Below are positions 25,991 to 35,781 of a stretch of DNA of 64,000 nt, in pieces. Made by a program: the position numbers and the translations under genes. The notes under the pieces are model-generated. The model ran no database searches. It was not told the origin of the DNA and saw only the letters and a program-made list of their open reading frames with translations. Within the stretch, counting starts at the first letter, position 1. The number at the start of each line of letters is the position of its first letter. Source of the stretch: a bacterium (GTDB lineage Bacteria > Patescibacteriota > Minisyncoccia > UBA6257 > JAGOQP01); NCBI GenBank assembly GCA_021812345.1, contig JAKANP010000001.1:54979-118978 (forward strand). The letters run 5' to 3'.

Positions 25991-26566
25991 TTAAATTAAA
26001 TTATCTTTGTTTTTTATAAAAACCAAAAAGAATCCGATTACTCCGCCTAATAAATCAAAACTTAAATCTCCCATCGTATCAAGATTGGTCGGTTGGTCTA
26101 ACAAGTTAAGATGAACTCTCCAATTTACCAATTTCTCTCCTAAAATATCCAAACGAAAGGCGTCATGAGCGCATTCATACATTTCCCAAGCTACCGATAC
26201 CAAAGCTATGATTGCTATGATTTCAATAAACATTTTCCATTTTTCTTCTTTCAATAATGAATATTTCGGATAAAGCTTATCAAACAGAATAAGTCCGATG
26301 GCTAAAGCAACTCCAAAAAATAAATGTTCAAAAGCGTCATATCCAAAAAATCCCTCAATGCATCCTAAATATTTTGAACAAACATTATTTCCCGCCCAAT
26401 CGTAAAGAAGCTCTCCCAAGCTGGTGATTAAAAGCCAGACCGCCGTAAAATAAAAAAGTAAAATTTTTATTTTTTTTATTTCTGTTCCTTTTGATAATTT
26501 TGTAAAAAAAATAACTATCGCCGAAATTACAAAAGATAAAATTATTACATATGTTGGCGTATCCAT
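25991..26566 (-). CDS. hypothetical polytopic membrane protein
   Basis: 191 aa with multiple TM helices and conserved Cys/His (YECAHDAF). Confidence 0.45.
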   Translation of the reverse strand: MDTPTYVIILSFVISAIVIFFTKLSKGTEIKKIKILLFYFTAVWLLITSLGELLYDWAGNNVCSKYLGCIEGFFGYDAFEHLFFGVALAIGLILFDKLYPKYSLLKEEKWKMFIEIIAIIALVSVAWEMYECAHDAFRLDILGEKLVNWRVHLNLLDQPTNLDTMGDLSFDLLGGVIGFFLVFIKNKDNLI

Positions 26567-26691
26567 TTGTTATTACTTATTAATACGGATAAAAAGTGAT
26601 TTTGTTTTCTTTACGGCGAGTATGTGACATATATGGACAAAAATCATTTTTATATTATACTCTTTTCAGATATTTGAAAAAGGAGGGCTCT

Positions 26692-27714
26692 GTGAAAAAG
26701 GGCTTTTATCTGGAGAATTGGCACAAGTTGTCTTTGCCTGTAGTTCAAATTGCCAACGAATTAAATCCGTTTTATAACAAGGGAGTTGTTTTTTATGCGG
26801 CATTGGCTAACCATTTGCCTTATGAAAACATAAAATTTATTACGGTTTATGGGCTTTTACAAAACGCATTGGATGTTGGGGCTCTTCAAAAGACAAAGAT
26901 TTTGGTTGAGGCAACCTCCGGCAATACCGGCGTGGCGTTGGCTTTGATGGCAAAACATTTTGGGATTAACAAGGTTAAGCTTGTGGTGGCTCCCGATATC
27001 CCCGATGGAAAGCGTTATCCGCTGATTCTTGCCGGAGCGGAATTGATTTATCCCAAGGAAGGATTGAGTGCTATCGCAACTGCCAGAGAAATGGGAGGCG
27101 GGGGATGGAAGCCGGATGGTTGGCAACCTGATAGCGGATATTTGAATCTTGACCAATATGCCAATCCTTTTGGCGCCGAACCTCATTCAACTTTTACCGC
27201 TGATAAGATAGTAGAAAAGCTTTTTTATAACACTCCGTCTATTTTTGTTTCCGGCATTGGGACCGGAGGGACTATGGTTGGTATCGGTAAATATATCAAG
27301 CGCAATAATATGCGCGCGGTAAATATCGGCGTGCTTTTGAAGGCGGGGAGTGAAATTCCCGGAGTAAGAGATTTGAATCGGATGAAAGAAATAACTTTGC
27401 CTTGGAGAGATTTTTCAGACGGCATTGTTGAAATAGGTTCAAGGCAATCGTATTTGGCGAGTCTGTGGCTTAACTGGGTTATGGGTATTACTCCCGGTCC
27501 AAGCAGCGGCTTTGCTTATTTGGGAGCTCTGAAGTTTATCAAGAGCCTGATTGATTCCAAGTTGGATTCTTTTAGGGATGATCATGACAAGGTTAGAGTT
27601 GTTGTTATTTTTCCCGACGGAAATCGCCCCTACGGAGATAGGTATATGGCAAACTTGCCCTTTGAGTGTTTGAGTCCGGCAACAGCGCCATTGCCTTGGA
27701 ATTGGAAAGTATAG
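26692..27714 (+). CDS. PLP-dependent enzyme of the cysteine synthase / Trp-synthase-beta (fold type II) family
   Basis: VEATSGNTGVALALMA matches the CysK SGNTG loop. Glycine-rich GIGTGGTMVGIG PLP-phosphate loop. GTG start at 26692 with AAGGAGGG 7 nt upstream. GC is about 47%. Confidence 0.72.
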   Translation: MKKGFYLENWHKLSLPVVQIANELNPFYNKGVVFYAALANHLPYENIKFITVYGLLQNALDVGALQKTKILVEATSGNTGVALALMAKHFGINKVKLVVAPDIPDGKRYPLILAGAELIYPKEGLSAIATAREMGGGGWKPDGWQPDSGYLNLDQYANPFGAEPHSTFTADKIVEKLFYNTPSIFVSGIGTGGTMVGIGKYIKRNNMRAVNIGVLLKAGSEIPGVRDLNRMKEITLPWRDFSDGIVEIGSRQSYLASLWLNWVMGITPGPSSGFAYLGALKFIKSLIDSKLDSFRDDHDKVRVVVIFPDGNRPYGDRYMANLPFECLSPATAPLPWNWKV

Positions 27715-27755
27715 TTTTGATTTTTAATTTATCCGCCCGAAAACGGCGGATTTTT

Positions 27756-28487
27756 TTATTTTTTTTCGCGCAAAATACAAAACGGAGTCATCTCGTCAGC
27801 TTGTCCTAAGGGATTATCTTTAAATGCCTGCTGAATAAATTTTTCGGTAATTGATCTATTTGATTTTCCGACAGAAAAGGCTCCTAAATAATTGGCGTCC
27901 AATATCACAGCTTCGTTTCCAAATTCTTTTTTTATTTTTTTTGCCGCGCCATCCGGATCCATCGGCGCTAATTTTGCATGATGAGCATATTCCAAAATAT
28001 TAAATGAGAGGGGACAGTCGATGGATTTTGCTCTTTTGCCGCAAATCACGTAAAACAAACCTTTGATTCCGAGCGGGCGAGTAATTGCCGAAATTGCGGC
28101 CGCCAAAAAAACTCTCGGATATCCGGCTTCTTCTATTAAAAGTTGCATTGCCATCGGAGTGCCGTGGCCAAAACCTCTAAAATCTTTTGTTCCGTATTTA
28201 TTGTTGACTTTTCTTGCCAAGAATCTGGCAAAAGAAGTCGGTTTAATATCGTTTAGATTTATAATTCTTCCTTGAGTGATAGCCAAGACCTTTTCGCTTA
28301 CAAAAATTATATCGTTTGGCTCCAGATAAGGCGTTATATATTTTTTTAATTCTTCAATAATATCGCTTTTTTCGGTGATGAGGGCTGTTCTTATGGGCAA
28401 TCTTAAATATGTTTTTGAACCGATTTGAATTTCCAGATTTTTCCCCTTGTTGGGTTTTATTTCTTTGTTGTTGATTTCATTTTTCAT
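27756..28487 (-). CDS. CofE-like protein (F420-0:gamma-glutamyl ligase family fold)
   Basis: IIFVSEKVLAITQGRI and surrounding pattern resemble the CofE/F420-ligase family. The identification is by pattern only. Confidence 0.5.
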   Translation of the reverse strand: MKNEINNKEIKPNKGKNLEIQIGSKTYLRLPIRTALITEKSDIIEELKKYITPYLEPNDIIFVSEKVLAITQGRIINLNDIKPTSFARFLARKVNNKYGTKDFRGFGHGTPMAMQLLIEEAGYPRVFLAAAISAITRPLGIKGLFYVICGKRAKSIDCPLSFNILEYAHHAKLAPMDPDGAAKKIKKEFGNEAVILDANYLGAFSVGKSNRSITEKFIQQAFKDNPLGQADEMTPFCILREKK

Positions 28488-28525
28488 CGGTTGTATTATA
28501 ATATTAATTCAAATAATATCAAAAT

Positions 28526-28903
28526 ATGTTAATAAGAGTTTGTTTATCAAAAATTCACAGAGCAACAGTAACCGAAGCCGATTTGAATTATGTCGGTTCA
28601 ATTACGATTGATAGCGAACTTTTGGAAAAAAGCGGAATGAGGCCTTTTCAATATGTTAATATCACCAATGTCTCAAACGGCGTTTTTTGGCAGACATATA
28701 TAATGCCGGGTAAAAAAGGAAACGGAGATATTTGCTTAAATGGCCCTCCTGCAAGGCATTTTCAACCGGGAGATAAAATTATAATTTTAGCCGAAAGTCT
28801 GGTTGAGCCGTCCGAAATGAGAGATTTAAATCAAACTATTGTCTTTGTGGATGATAAAAACAAAACAACCGAAGTTAAGATAAATAAAATGTCTCAATTA
28901 TGA
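28526..28903 (+). CDS. panD: aspartate 1-decarboxylase (pyruvoyl-dependent)
   Basis: MLIRVCLSKIHRATVTEADLNYVGSITID... matches the PanD N-terminus, including the GS self-cleavage site. HFQPGDKIIIL is also present. Confidence 0.85.
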   Translation: MLIRVCLSKIHRATVTEADLNYVGSITIDSELLEKSGMRPFQYVNITNVSNGVFWQTYIMPGKKGNGDICLNGPPARHFQPGDKIIILAESLVEPSEMRDLNQTIVFVDDKNKTTEVKINKMSQL

Positions 28904-28910
28904 GACATTT

Positions 28911-29153
28911 TTAGTAAATAAAAGTTTCAATAACCACAATAACGTTTATAAAAAAGTTTGCCACGTTGGATATAATTATCGGTTTTTCATCATGAACAAT
29001 TCCATAGATCGTCCAAACAATGTTTGCCAATGAATAGCATATCCAAGAAAATGCCGATTTATCCAGAAAATTTTTAAGTTTTTCCGGATGAGGATAGGAT
29101 TCAAATTTTTGACTGATTCTCTTTCTTATGTTCTGATGTAAAAAAGCAAGCAT
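28911..29153 (-). CDS. hypothetical small membrane protein
   Basis: 80-aa ORF with 2-3 hydrophobic helices. Confidence 0.3.
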   Translation of the reverse strand: MLAFLHQNIRKRISQKFESYPHPEKLKNFLDKSAFSWICYSLANIVWTIYGIVHDEKPIIISNVANFFINVIVVIETFIY

Positions 29154-29161
29154 AATATTAT

Positions 29162-30292
29162 TTATAAATTAAATTTTGTTTTTTCTTCTTTTAAATTTTC
29201 TATGACAGCGATTTCGAAAGGAGCTATCGGAAAAGGATTGTATTTCATTTGAGAATAAGCCGAAATTAAAGATTTGATTAAAGCGATGAGCTTGTCGCGG
29301 TTGGCTATTTTGGCATGTTGCTGAATTTTATTTATTTCCGCCTCCGCCAATTCCCGTTTGAACATTTCTTCCAAATCGGGATTCAAGCTTAACGAAAGAA
29401 CTCTTCTTAAATATTCGGTTATATCTTTATTGAATTGAAAAAGATTATATCCTTTGTTGGCAATATCATAAAGAAACTCGAGAGATTGCTTTAAATCGTT
29501 TTTTATCAACAAATCGCACATGCCGACTGTTTTTGAAAAATCCACTTTGCCTAATATTTCTTCAACGTTTGCAACCGTCAGATTTTCTCCTTTTAATGAA
29601 ATTATTTGATCCAAAAGCGATTCCGCATCGCGCAAACTTCCGTCGGCAAGATAAGCTATCATTTCAATCGCTTCTTTGGAATAAGACGTTTTTTCGTTTT
29701 TTAAAATTGTTTCAAGTTTTGACGATATCTCGCTTAAAGTAAGTTTTCTAAAGTGAAATCTTTGGGTTCTTGAAATGATTGTCGGGGGAACTTTTTCGTA
29801 TTCGGTTGTTGCTAAAATAAAAATTACATGAGTCGGCGGTTCCTCAAGAGTTTTTAAAAGCGCATTAAATGCCTGAGTGGTGAGCATGTGAACTTCGTCT
29901 ATTATAAAAACTTTGTAATTAAAAAGAGAGGGGAGTGTTTTTATATTTTCTTTTAAATCTCTTATCTCGTCTATTCCTCTGTTTGAAGCGGCATCAATTT
30001 CAACGACATCAAGCGCTTGTCCGGCGTCTATCGCCAAACATGCCTGGCATTTATTGCAAGGTTCTCCTTTTTTAGCAAATTCGGAATCTTTTTTTCTTGT
30101 TTGACAATTGGCTATTTTGGATAAAATTCTGGCAACGGTTGTTTTGCCGGTTCCTCTTGAGCCATAAAAAATGTAGGCGTGCGCCAACTTATCTTGGGCT
30201 GCCGAATTTTTAATGATAGTCGTTACATTTTCTTGGCCGATAACATCGGCTAATTTTTTCGGTCTGTATTTTCTGTAAATTGCCAATGACAT
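29162..30292 (-). CDS. dnaX: DNA polymerase III subunit gamma/tau
   Basis: YRKYRPKKLADVIGQE, GSRGTGKTT Walker A, Cys4 zinc module (CQTRKK...CNKCQAC), FIIDEVHMLT Walker B, SRTQ sensor. Start taken at the internal ATG (MSLAIYRKY). Confidence 0.85.
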   Translation of the reverse strand: MSLAIYRKYRPKKLADVIGQENVTTIIKNSAAQDKLAHAYIFYGSRGTGKTTVARILSKIANCQTRKKDSEFAKKGEPCNKCQACLAIDAGQALDVVEIDAASNRGIDEIRDLKENIKTLPSLFNYKVFIIDEVHMLTTQAFNALLKTLEEPPTHVIFILATTEYEKVPPTIISRTQRFHFRKLTLSEISSKLETILKNEKTSYSKEAIEMIAYLADGSLRDAESLLDQIISLKGENLTVANVEEILGKVDFSKTVGMCDLLIKNDLKQSLEFLYDIANKGYNLFQFNKDITEYLRRVLSLSLNPDLEEMFKRELAEAEINKIQQHAKIANRDKLIALIKSLISAYSQMKYNPFPIAPFEIAVIENLKEEKTKFNL

Positions 30293-30385
30293 GATAAATA
30301 GTATAAAACAAAAAACCACTCAAAAACAAGCGATAAAAAAACCGCTCTTCTTATTTTAAAGAGCGGGTGATTGATTAAAAGAGCG

Positions 30386-32140
30386 TCAAGAAATTAACAA
30401 TTCAAAATCATCAATCATTTTTTTGATTATATTAAATCCGTCTTGCCAAAACTTGTTTGATTTTATATTGATTCTTGCTCTTGCAAGAATTTCCATCGGA
30501 TAAGCGGATCCGCCGGCAGATAATATTTTCAAAATATTTTTAGCGTATTTGGGTCCGTTCTTTTTAAATCTGTTAAAAAGATGCAGGGCAATTATTTCAT
30601 TTACGGCGTAAGAGTAAATCCAAAACGGATTTTCAAAAAAATGAGGAATAGTCATCCATTCCCACCTGAATTTTTGGGGGACCGATATTTTTTCTCCGAA
30701 TTGTTCTTTAATCAAAGCAAGATATTCCTCATTCATTATTTTCAGATTATTGCTGTCTTTTGTTATATTCCCAAACGTTTTTTCTTCCCAGATTGCCAGA
30801 TAGCCCATCTTAAAAATTAATGTAAGGATATTGTCGAGCATTGACCCTAAAATATAAATCTTATCTTTCACCTCATTAGTTTCGGAAAATAATTTATCAA
30901 AAACGATAAGTTCGGACAAAGACGAAGATAATTCCATCAAAAATATTGACGGTTCGCGAACGACAAATTTGTGATGACCGGAAAGGTCATCGTGGACAGC
31001 ATGCCCGACTTCATGAGAAAGAATAATCAAGCTTTCCAGGTCTTTGTTAAAAACAACGTTTATGTATGACGGAATTCTGTTTGAAACCGAAACGGTAAAA
31101 TTCATCGGGAATTTGCCTTGTCTGTTCTGGGCGTCGATATGATTTGAATCAAAAATTTTTTTAGCCGAATTTCCATAAACCGGAGAAAAGTCAAAAAATG
31201 ATTTTAAGATGATTTTTTTGGCTTGAAAAAAATCTATTTTTCTCATCGATGCCGGAACTTTAAATGGAATATTCAGATCATAAGCGGTTGCCTTTTTTAA
31301 TTTAAGAAGTTTTGATTTCAGTTCAAAATATTGCTGGAAAATAGAGATGTTTTTTCTGATTAATGTAAACATCTGATCCAAAATGGCTTTTGAAATGTAA
31401 TTTTGGCTTACTCCTTTTTTCTTTTCTCCGATGATGTCTTTTATGATGATTTCATAAATATAAGACAGTGTCGGACCGATTCCATTTTCAAATTCTTCAA
31501 AATACTCGTCGTAAGCCCGTTTTCTGAGTTTCTTATTTCCAGAATAAAAATACGATTCAATTTCTTCAACTGTAAGAATCTTCGTTTCATCTCCAACCTT
31601 GAGCTTGAATTTCAGATTTTTTATGAGCAAAGAATATATTTGTTTCAACGATTTAACTCCGATATTTTTTTCGGAAATCAAATTACCATCCGTTTGCCTA
31701 ACAGCTAACTCGTTTTGGCGTATTTGTCTTAATTCGTGCTTAAAATCTTTTCCGGCCAAAGACATTAATCTTTTGGCGTTTTGTTCATCGAGTTTTTTCC
31801 ACCATCGGTCAAAAAATATAAGGCGGTCATCAAAATTATTCAGTATCTTTTCCGTGTCGGTTTTGTTTTTATTTGTTTCCAAATCAAAAACATTTTCACC
31901 TTGCTTAATTTCAAAATAAGCGTCAATTATGTTTTTTTGTTGATGATATAAGTCGATGAGTTTTAACAATTTTAAGAAATTTTTTGAAGAAATGTTTTTT
32001 CTTAATTTATTTTTATAGCTTTCTATAGATAGAACATTTTTCTCCAAATTAAAAATCGCTTTCTCGATAAAATTCGGATTATTTTCATCAAAAATATCAT
32101 TTAAGTTCCAACGGGGCAAAGATTTTGTGTTCGCCCTCAT
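30386..32140 (-). CDS. pepF: oligoendopeptidase F (M3 family zinc metallopeptidase)
   Basis: HEVGHAVHD HExxH motif in an M3B-like 584-aa protein. Confidence 0.8.
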   Translation of the reverse strand: MRANTKSLPRWNLNDIFDENNPNFIEKAIFNLEKNVLSIESYKNKLRKNISSKNFLKLLKLIDLYHQQKNIIDAYFEIKQGENVFDLETNKNKTDTEKILNNFDDRLIFFDRWWKKLDEQNAKRLMSLAGKDFKHELRQIRQNELAVRQTDGNLISEKNIGVKSLKQIYSLLIKNLKFKLKVGDETKILTVEEIESYFYSGNKKLRKRAYDEYFEEFENGIGPTLSYIYEIIIKDIIGEKKKGVSQNYISKAILDQMFTLIRKNISIFQQYFELKSKLLKLKKATAYDLNIPFKVPASMRKIDFFQAKKIILKSFFDFSPVYGNSAKKIFDSNHIDAQNRQGKFPMNFTVSVSNRIPSYINVVFNKDLESLIILSHEVGHAVHDDLSGHHKFVVREPSIFLMELSSSLSELIVFDKLFSETNEVKDKIYILGSMLDNILTLIFKMGYLAIWEEKTFGNITKDSNNLKIMNEEYLALIKEQFGEKISVPQKFRWEWMTIPHFFENPFWIYSYAVNEIIALHLFNRFKKNGPKYAKNILKILSAGGSAYPMEILARARINIKSNKFWQDGFNIIKKMIDDFELLIS

Positions 32141-32253
32141 TTTCCCCTCCTTTTCAAGGTTCTAATTAAATGTTTATTTAATATCTTGCCGTTGTCAACG
32201 GCTTGCTAAATTTAATTGAATTTGACGCTTTTTTGAGTTAGAATTGATATATT

Positions 32254-33003
32254 ATGTATCAGGTAAAAACCGAAGCGTTTTCAGGGCCGTTAGAGAAGCT
32301 TCTGGAGATGATTGAAGAGAAAAAAATGGATATAACCAGGATTAGTTTGGCTGAAGTTACCGCCGATTTTATTTCTTATGTTGAATCGCTTAAATCTAAA
32401 ATAGATAATTTTGAAGAAGGAAACGAGGAAGAAAAGAAAACCGAATCATTGCGGATGTTGGCCGATTTTTTGACGGTCGCTTCGCAATTAATTCTGATTA
32501 AATCCAAAGCATTGCTTCCGGAATTGGTTTTGTCCCAAGAGGAAGAGGATGAAATAAATAATCTTGAAATGCGTCTTAAGATATACAGCCAATTGAAACC
32601 GATGTTTGCCCTTACAAAGAAATATTGGATTGAATCCAATCGGTTGCATTCGCGAACAATGTTGATGTCTGTGGAGCCCGTTTTCTATCCGCCCAAAGAA
32701 ATGAAACTTGAATTTTTAAAATCCGCTCTTGATAAGATTCTGAATTCTTTGGGTTCATTTTTTTTGGATACGGAAAAAATAAAAAAACAATTATTTTCTT
32801 TGGAGGATAAGATTGCCGAATTAACCAAAAAAATAAAATCCGGAATATCCAAATTTTCTCAGGTGATAACCAATAAAAACAAAGAAGAGGTGGTAGTGAT
32901 GTTTTTGGCGTTGCTTCATCTTTTGAGAGAAAATGCTTTTACCGCTTCTCAAAACAGCGCTTTCGAAGAAATAAGTATTGAGAATAGTCCCAATTTAAGT
33001 TAG
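32254..33003 (+). CDS. scpA: segregation and condensation protein A
   Basis: Kleisin-like. The N-terminal FSGPLEKLLEMIEEKKMDITRISLAEVTADF is the ScpA signature. Confidence 0.8.
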   Translation: MYQVKTEAFSGPLEKLLEMIEEKKMDITRISLAEVTADFISYVESLKSKIDNFEEGNEEEKKTESLRMLADFLTVASQLILIKSKALLPELVLSQEEEDEINNLEMRLKIYSQLKPMFALTKKYWIESNRLHSRTMLMSVEPVFYPPKEMKLEFLKSALDKILNSLGSFFLDTEKIKKQLFSLEDKIAELTKKIKSGISKFSQVITNKNKEEVVVMFLALLHLLRENAFTASQNSAFEEISIENSPNLS

Positions 33004-33015
33004 AATTTAAATTAA

Positions 33016-33654
33016 ATGCTTCAAGAAGAAATTAAAAATATTGTCGGTCCGTTGGAAGCCCTGCTTTTTATTTTTGGAGAACCGCTTGATTCAAAAAAAA
33101 TAGCCGATGTTTTAAAAACCGACGAAGAAAAAGTGAAAACCGCCGCCAAGGAACTTTCCGATATTTTATCTAACGATTCAAATAGGGGAATCGTTTTAAT
33201 TGAAAATAGCGGGAAATATATGCTGGCCACAAAACCTCAATATTCGGCATTGGTTGAAAAATTTATCACGGACGATTTAAAAGAGGATTTAAGTCCGGCA
33301 TCTTTGGAGACTCTTTCAATCATCGCTTATTTTGGTCCGGCAACGAGAGCTCAGATAGATTATTTAAGAGGCGTTAATTCAAGTTATATTTTAAGAAATC
33401 TGCTTATAAGAGGACTGATAAACAGAAAATCAAAGGGAAATGCTTTTGAATACGAGGTAAGTTTTGATTTCTTGAAATTTATGGGGATAGACAATGTCGA
33501 AAAAATGCCTCAATATCAGGAGTATCAAAAATTAAAAGAACAATATTTTTCACCAAAACCGGAGTCGGAAAACTTTTCGGAAATTAACAATGAATCAAAA
33601 CCGGAAAATAAAGAATCTCAAGATATTTCTTTAAGTCCTGAAAATAAAAATTAA
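33016..33654 (+). CDS. scpB: segregation and condensation protein B
   Basis: GPLEALLFIFGEPL ScpB N-terminus with tandem winged helices. Follows scpA. Confidence 0.8.
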   Translation: MLQEEIKNIVGPLEALLFIFGEPLDSKKIADVLKTDEEKVKTAAKELSDILSNDSNRGIVLIENSGKYMLATKPQYSALVEKFITDDLKEDLSPASLETLSIIAYFGPATRAQIDYLRGVNSSYILRNLLIRGLINRKSKGNAFEYEVSFDFLKFMGIDNVEKMPQYQEYQKLKEQYFSPKPESENFSEINNESKPENKESQDISLSPENKN

Positions 33655-33666
33655 TTTTTAATTAAG

Positions 33667-34722
33667 ATGAGATATCAAGCATTGGCGCTTTTATTAATAG
33701 TTCTTGTTTCTTCTTATTTATTTAGGGAGAATTCGGTTTTTTCTCAAAGCGGAAATGGATTAAGCCAGCTTTCGGCGACTGCCGTTGATACTATTAATTT
33801 AAATTCCTCGCCCCAGTCGATTCAGCAAAGTGAAAACACAATAAGTTCAACCGAATCTTTGATATTAAAAGATAAAGAAACGCCATCAACATCGTCGGTT
33901 GTTTCTCAAATTTCTCCATCGGAACCGATTGATAATTCCACCAGAATTGAAAATGCGATGATTGAAAAACCGATAATTGAGAATTCATCTTCAACTCCAA
34001 ATAGTTTGTGCGCTCCGGTTACCGCTAAAATTTATATCGCTCAAACGATTGACGGAGGAAATGTTCTCTATGAAAAAAATTCTCAGAACAGATGGCCAAT
34101 AGCTTCTGTCTCAAAATTAATGACTGCAGTTATAGCGCTTGAAAATTTAAATCAGTCGGACAAAGTTACCATAACCCAAAAAGAAATTGACGATACCGGA
34201 GGAAATAATACTCTTATGGCAGGAGATACTTTTACCATAAGCAGTTTGGTAAGAGCTTTGCTTATTGTTTCCAGCAATGACGCCGCCTATGCTCTGGCTG
34301 ATGCTATGGGACAAGATGCCTTTGTTCAGAAAATGAATGAAAAAGCCAAAGAAATTTCTATGTCTCAGACAACATATTTTGAACCATCGGGACTTTCTTA
34401 TTTGAATCAATCAACCGCTCATGATTTATATTCATTATTGATTTACATACAAAAACACGACCCTTTGATATTGGATATAACCAGAATCAAAACTTTGACA
34501 ATAAAAAATTTAGCCAAAGGAATGCAGGATAAAAAACTTGTCAATATAAACGAATTTGCCGGAAGAAACGATTTTTTTGGAGGGAAAACCGGATTTATAG
34601 ACCAGTCGGGAGGCAATCTTGTTTCTTTATTTAAAAAAGACGGCAAGATGGTTTATGTAGGAGTACTGGGAAGTTCCGATAGATTTAATGACAGCTTGGC
34701 GATATTATCTTGCATTCAATAA
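33667..34722 (+). CDS. D-alanyl-D-alanine carboxypeptidase (S11, PBP5-like)
   Basis: Signal peptide. SxxK (ASVSKLM), SxN (SSND) and KTG (GKTGF) motifs. Confidence 0.78.
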   Translation: MRYQALALLLIVLVSSYLFRENSVFSQSGNGLSQLSATAVDTINLNSSPQSIQQSENTISSTESLILKDKETPSTSSVVSQISPSEPIDNSTRIENAMIEKPIIENSSSTPNSLCAPVTAKIYIAQTIDGGNVLYEKNSQNRWPIASVSKLMTAVIALENLNQSDKVTITQKEIDDTGGNNTLMAGDTFTISSLVRALLIVSSNDAAYALADAMGQDAFVQKMNEKAKEISMSQTTYFEPSGLSYLNQSTAHDLYSLLIYIQKHDPLILDITRIKTLTIKNLAKGMQDKKLVNINEFAGRNDFFGGKTGFIDQSGGNLVSLFKKDGKMVYVGVLGSSDRFNDSLAILSCIQ

Positions 34723-34723
34723 T

Positions 34724-35776
34724 ATGACTTTAAGTTTTTTAGCAACAAAAGTTTTAATTCTTACGGCGTTATCTTTTTTTACCGCTTTATTTTTGACTCC
34801 ATTAGTTTCCAAATTTCTTTATAAATATAAGGCCGGCAAACAAATTAGAAAAAGTGAAGACGCTCCGGTTTATAATTCTCTTCATCAAAAAAAAGAAGGA
34901 ACGCCGACAATGGGAGGAATAATAATTTGGGTGACGGTTCTCGGTCTTTCGGGAATTTTATTTTTGTTGAGTTTGTTTTTTGACGGAGATTTTTCAAGAT
35001 TGAATATTATAGAAAGATCTCAAACTTATCTTCCAATCGCCGCAATGTTGATAGCGGCGCTTTTGGGTTTGATTGACGATATTTTAGGAATAAAGAAAAA
35101 AGGTCCTAACGGAGGCGGAATGGCAATGAGACAAAAAATAATTATTTATTTGGCGATTGCCTTGGTTGGAGCTTATTGGTTTGCGGCAAAACTCGGATGG
35201 TCAACTCTTTATATTCCTTTTGCCGGAAGCGTTGAAATCGACGGATGGTATATTCCTATTTTTATTTTTGCCATAGTTGCCACCGCTTTTTCCGCCAATG
35301 AAACTGACGGACTTGATGGACTGCTGGGTGGAACATCGCTTTTTACATTCGGTTCTTTGGCGGTTGTCTCTTTTGCTTTGGGGAGATATGAATTAGCTTC
35401 TTTTTCGGCAATGATTATCGGAGCTTTGCTTGCTTTTTTGTGGTTCAATATTTATCCGGCAAGATTTTTTATGGGAGATACCGGCTCAATGGCCTTGGGA
35501 ATAACAATGGGCGTTATAGCTATGTTAACAAACACTCTTTTATTTTTGCCGTTTTTTGCTCCAATTTTGGTTTTGGAATCTCTTTCGGTTATAATTCAAA
35601 TGATATCCAAAAAATTTTTCAAAAAGAAAATTTTTATATCCACCCCCATTCACCATCATTTTGAAGCTCTCGGCTGGCCGGAATCTCGAGTGACGATGAG
35701 ATTTTGGATAGTGTCCGCAATTTCCAACGGATTGGGATTGGTTCTATTCTTTCTTTCGCGAATAATGCTACACTAA
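34724..35776 (+). CDS. mraY: phospho-N-acetylmuramoyl-pentapeptide transferase
   Basis: 10-TM protein with MraY motifs (TPTMGG, DDxxG-like GLIDDILG, NETDGLDGL, HHH). ATG at 34724 is chosen. Confidence 0.88.
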   Translation: MTLSFLATKVLILTALSFFTALFLTPLVSKFLYKYKAGKQIRKSEDAPVYNSLHQKKEGTPTMGGIIIWVTVLGLSGILFLLSLFFDGDFSRLNIIERSQTYLPIAAMLIAALLGLIDDILGIKKKGPNGGGMAMRQKIIIYLAIALVGAYWFAAKLGWSTLYIPFAGSVEIDGWYIPIFIFAIVATAFSANETDGLDGLLGGTSLFTFGSLAVVSFALGRYELASFSAMIIGALLAFLWFNIYPARFFMGDTGSMALGITMGVIAMLTNTLLFLPFFAPILVLESLSVIIQMISKKFFKKKIFISTPIHHHFEALGWPESRVTMRFWIVSAISNGLGLVLFFLSRIMLH

Positions 35777-35781
35777 TATAT

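Noticed and set aside
28911-29153. SemiSWEET-like small transporter
   Set aside because: The size is compatible, but the PQ-loop motif is absent. It is left as a hypothetical small membrane protein.
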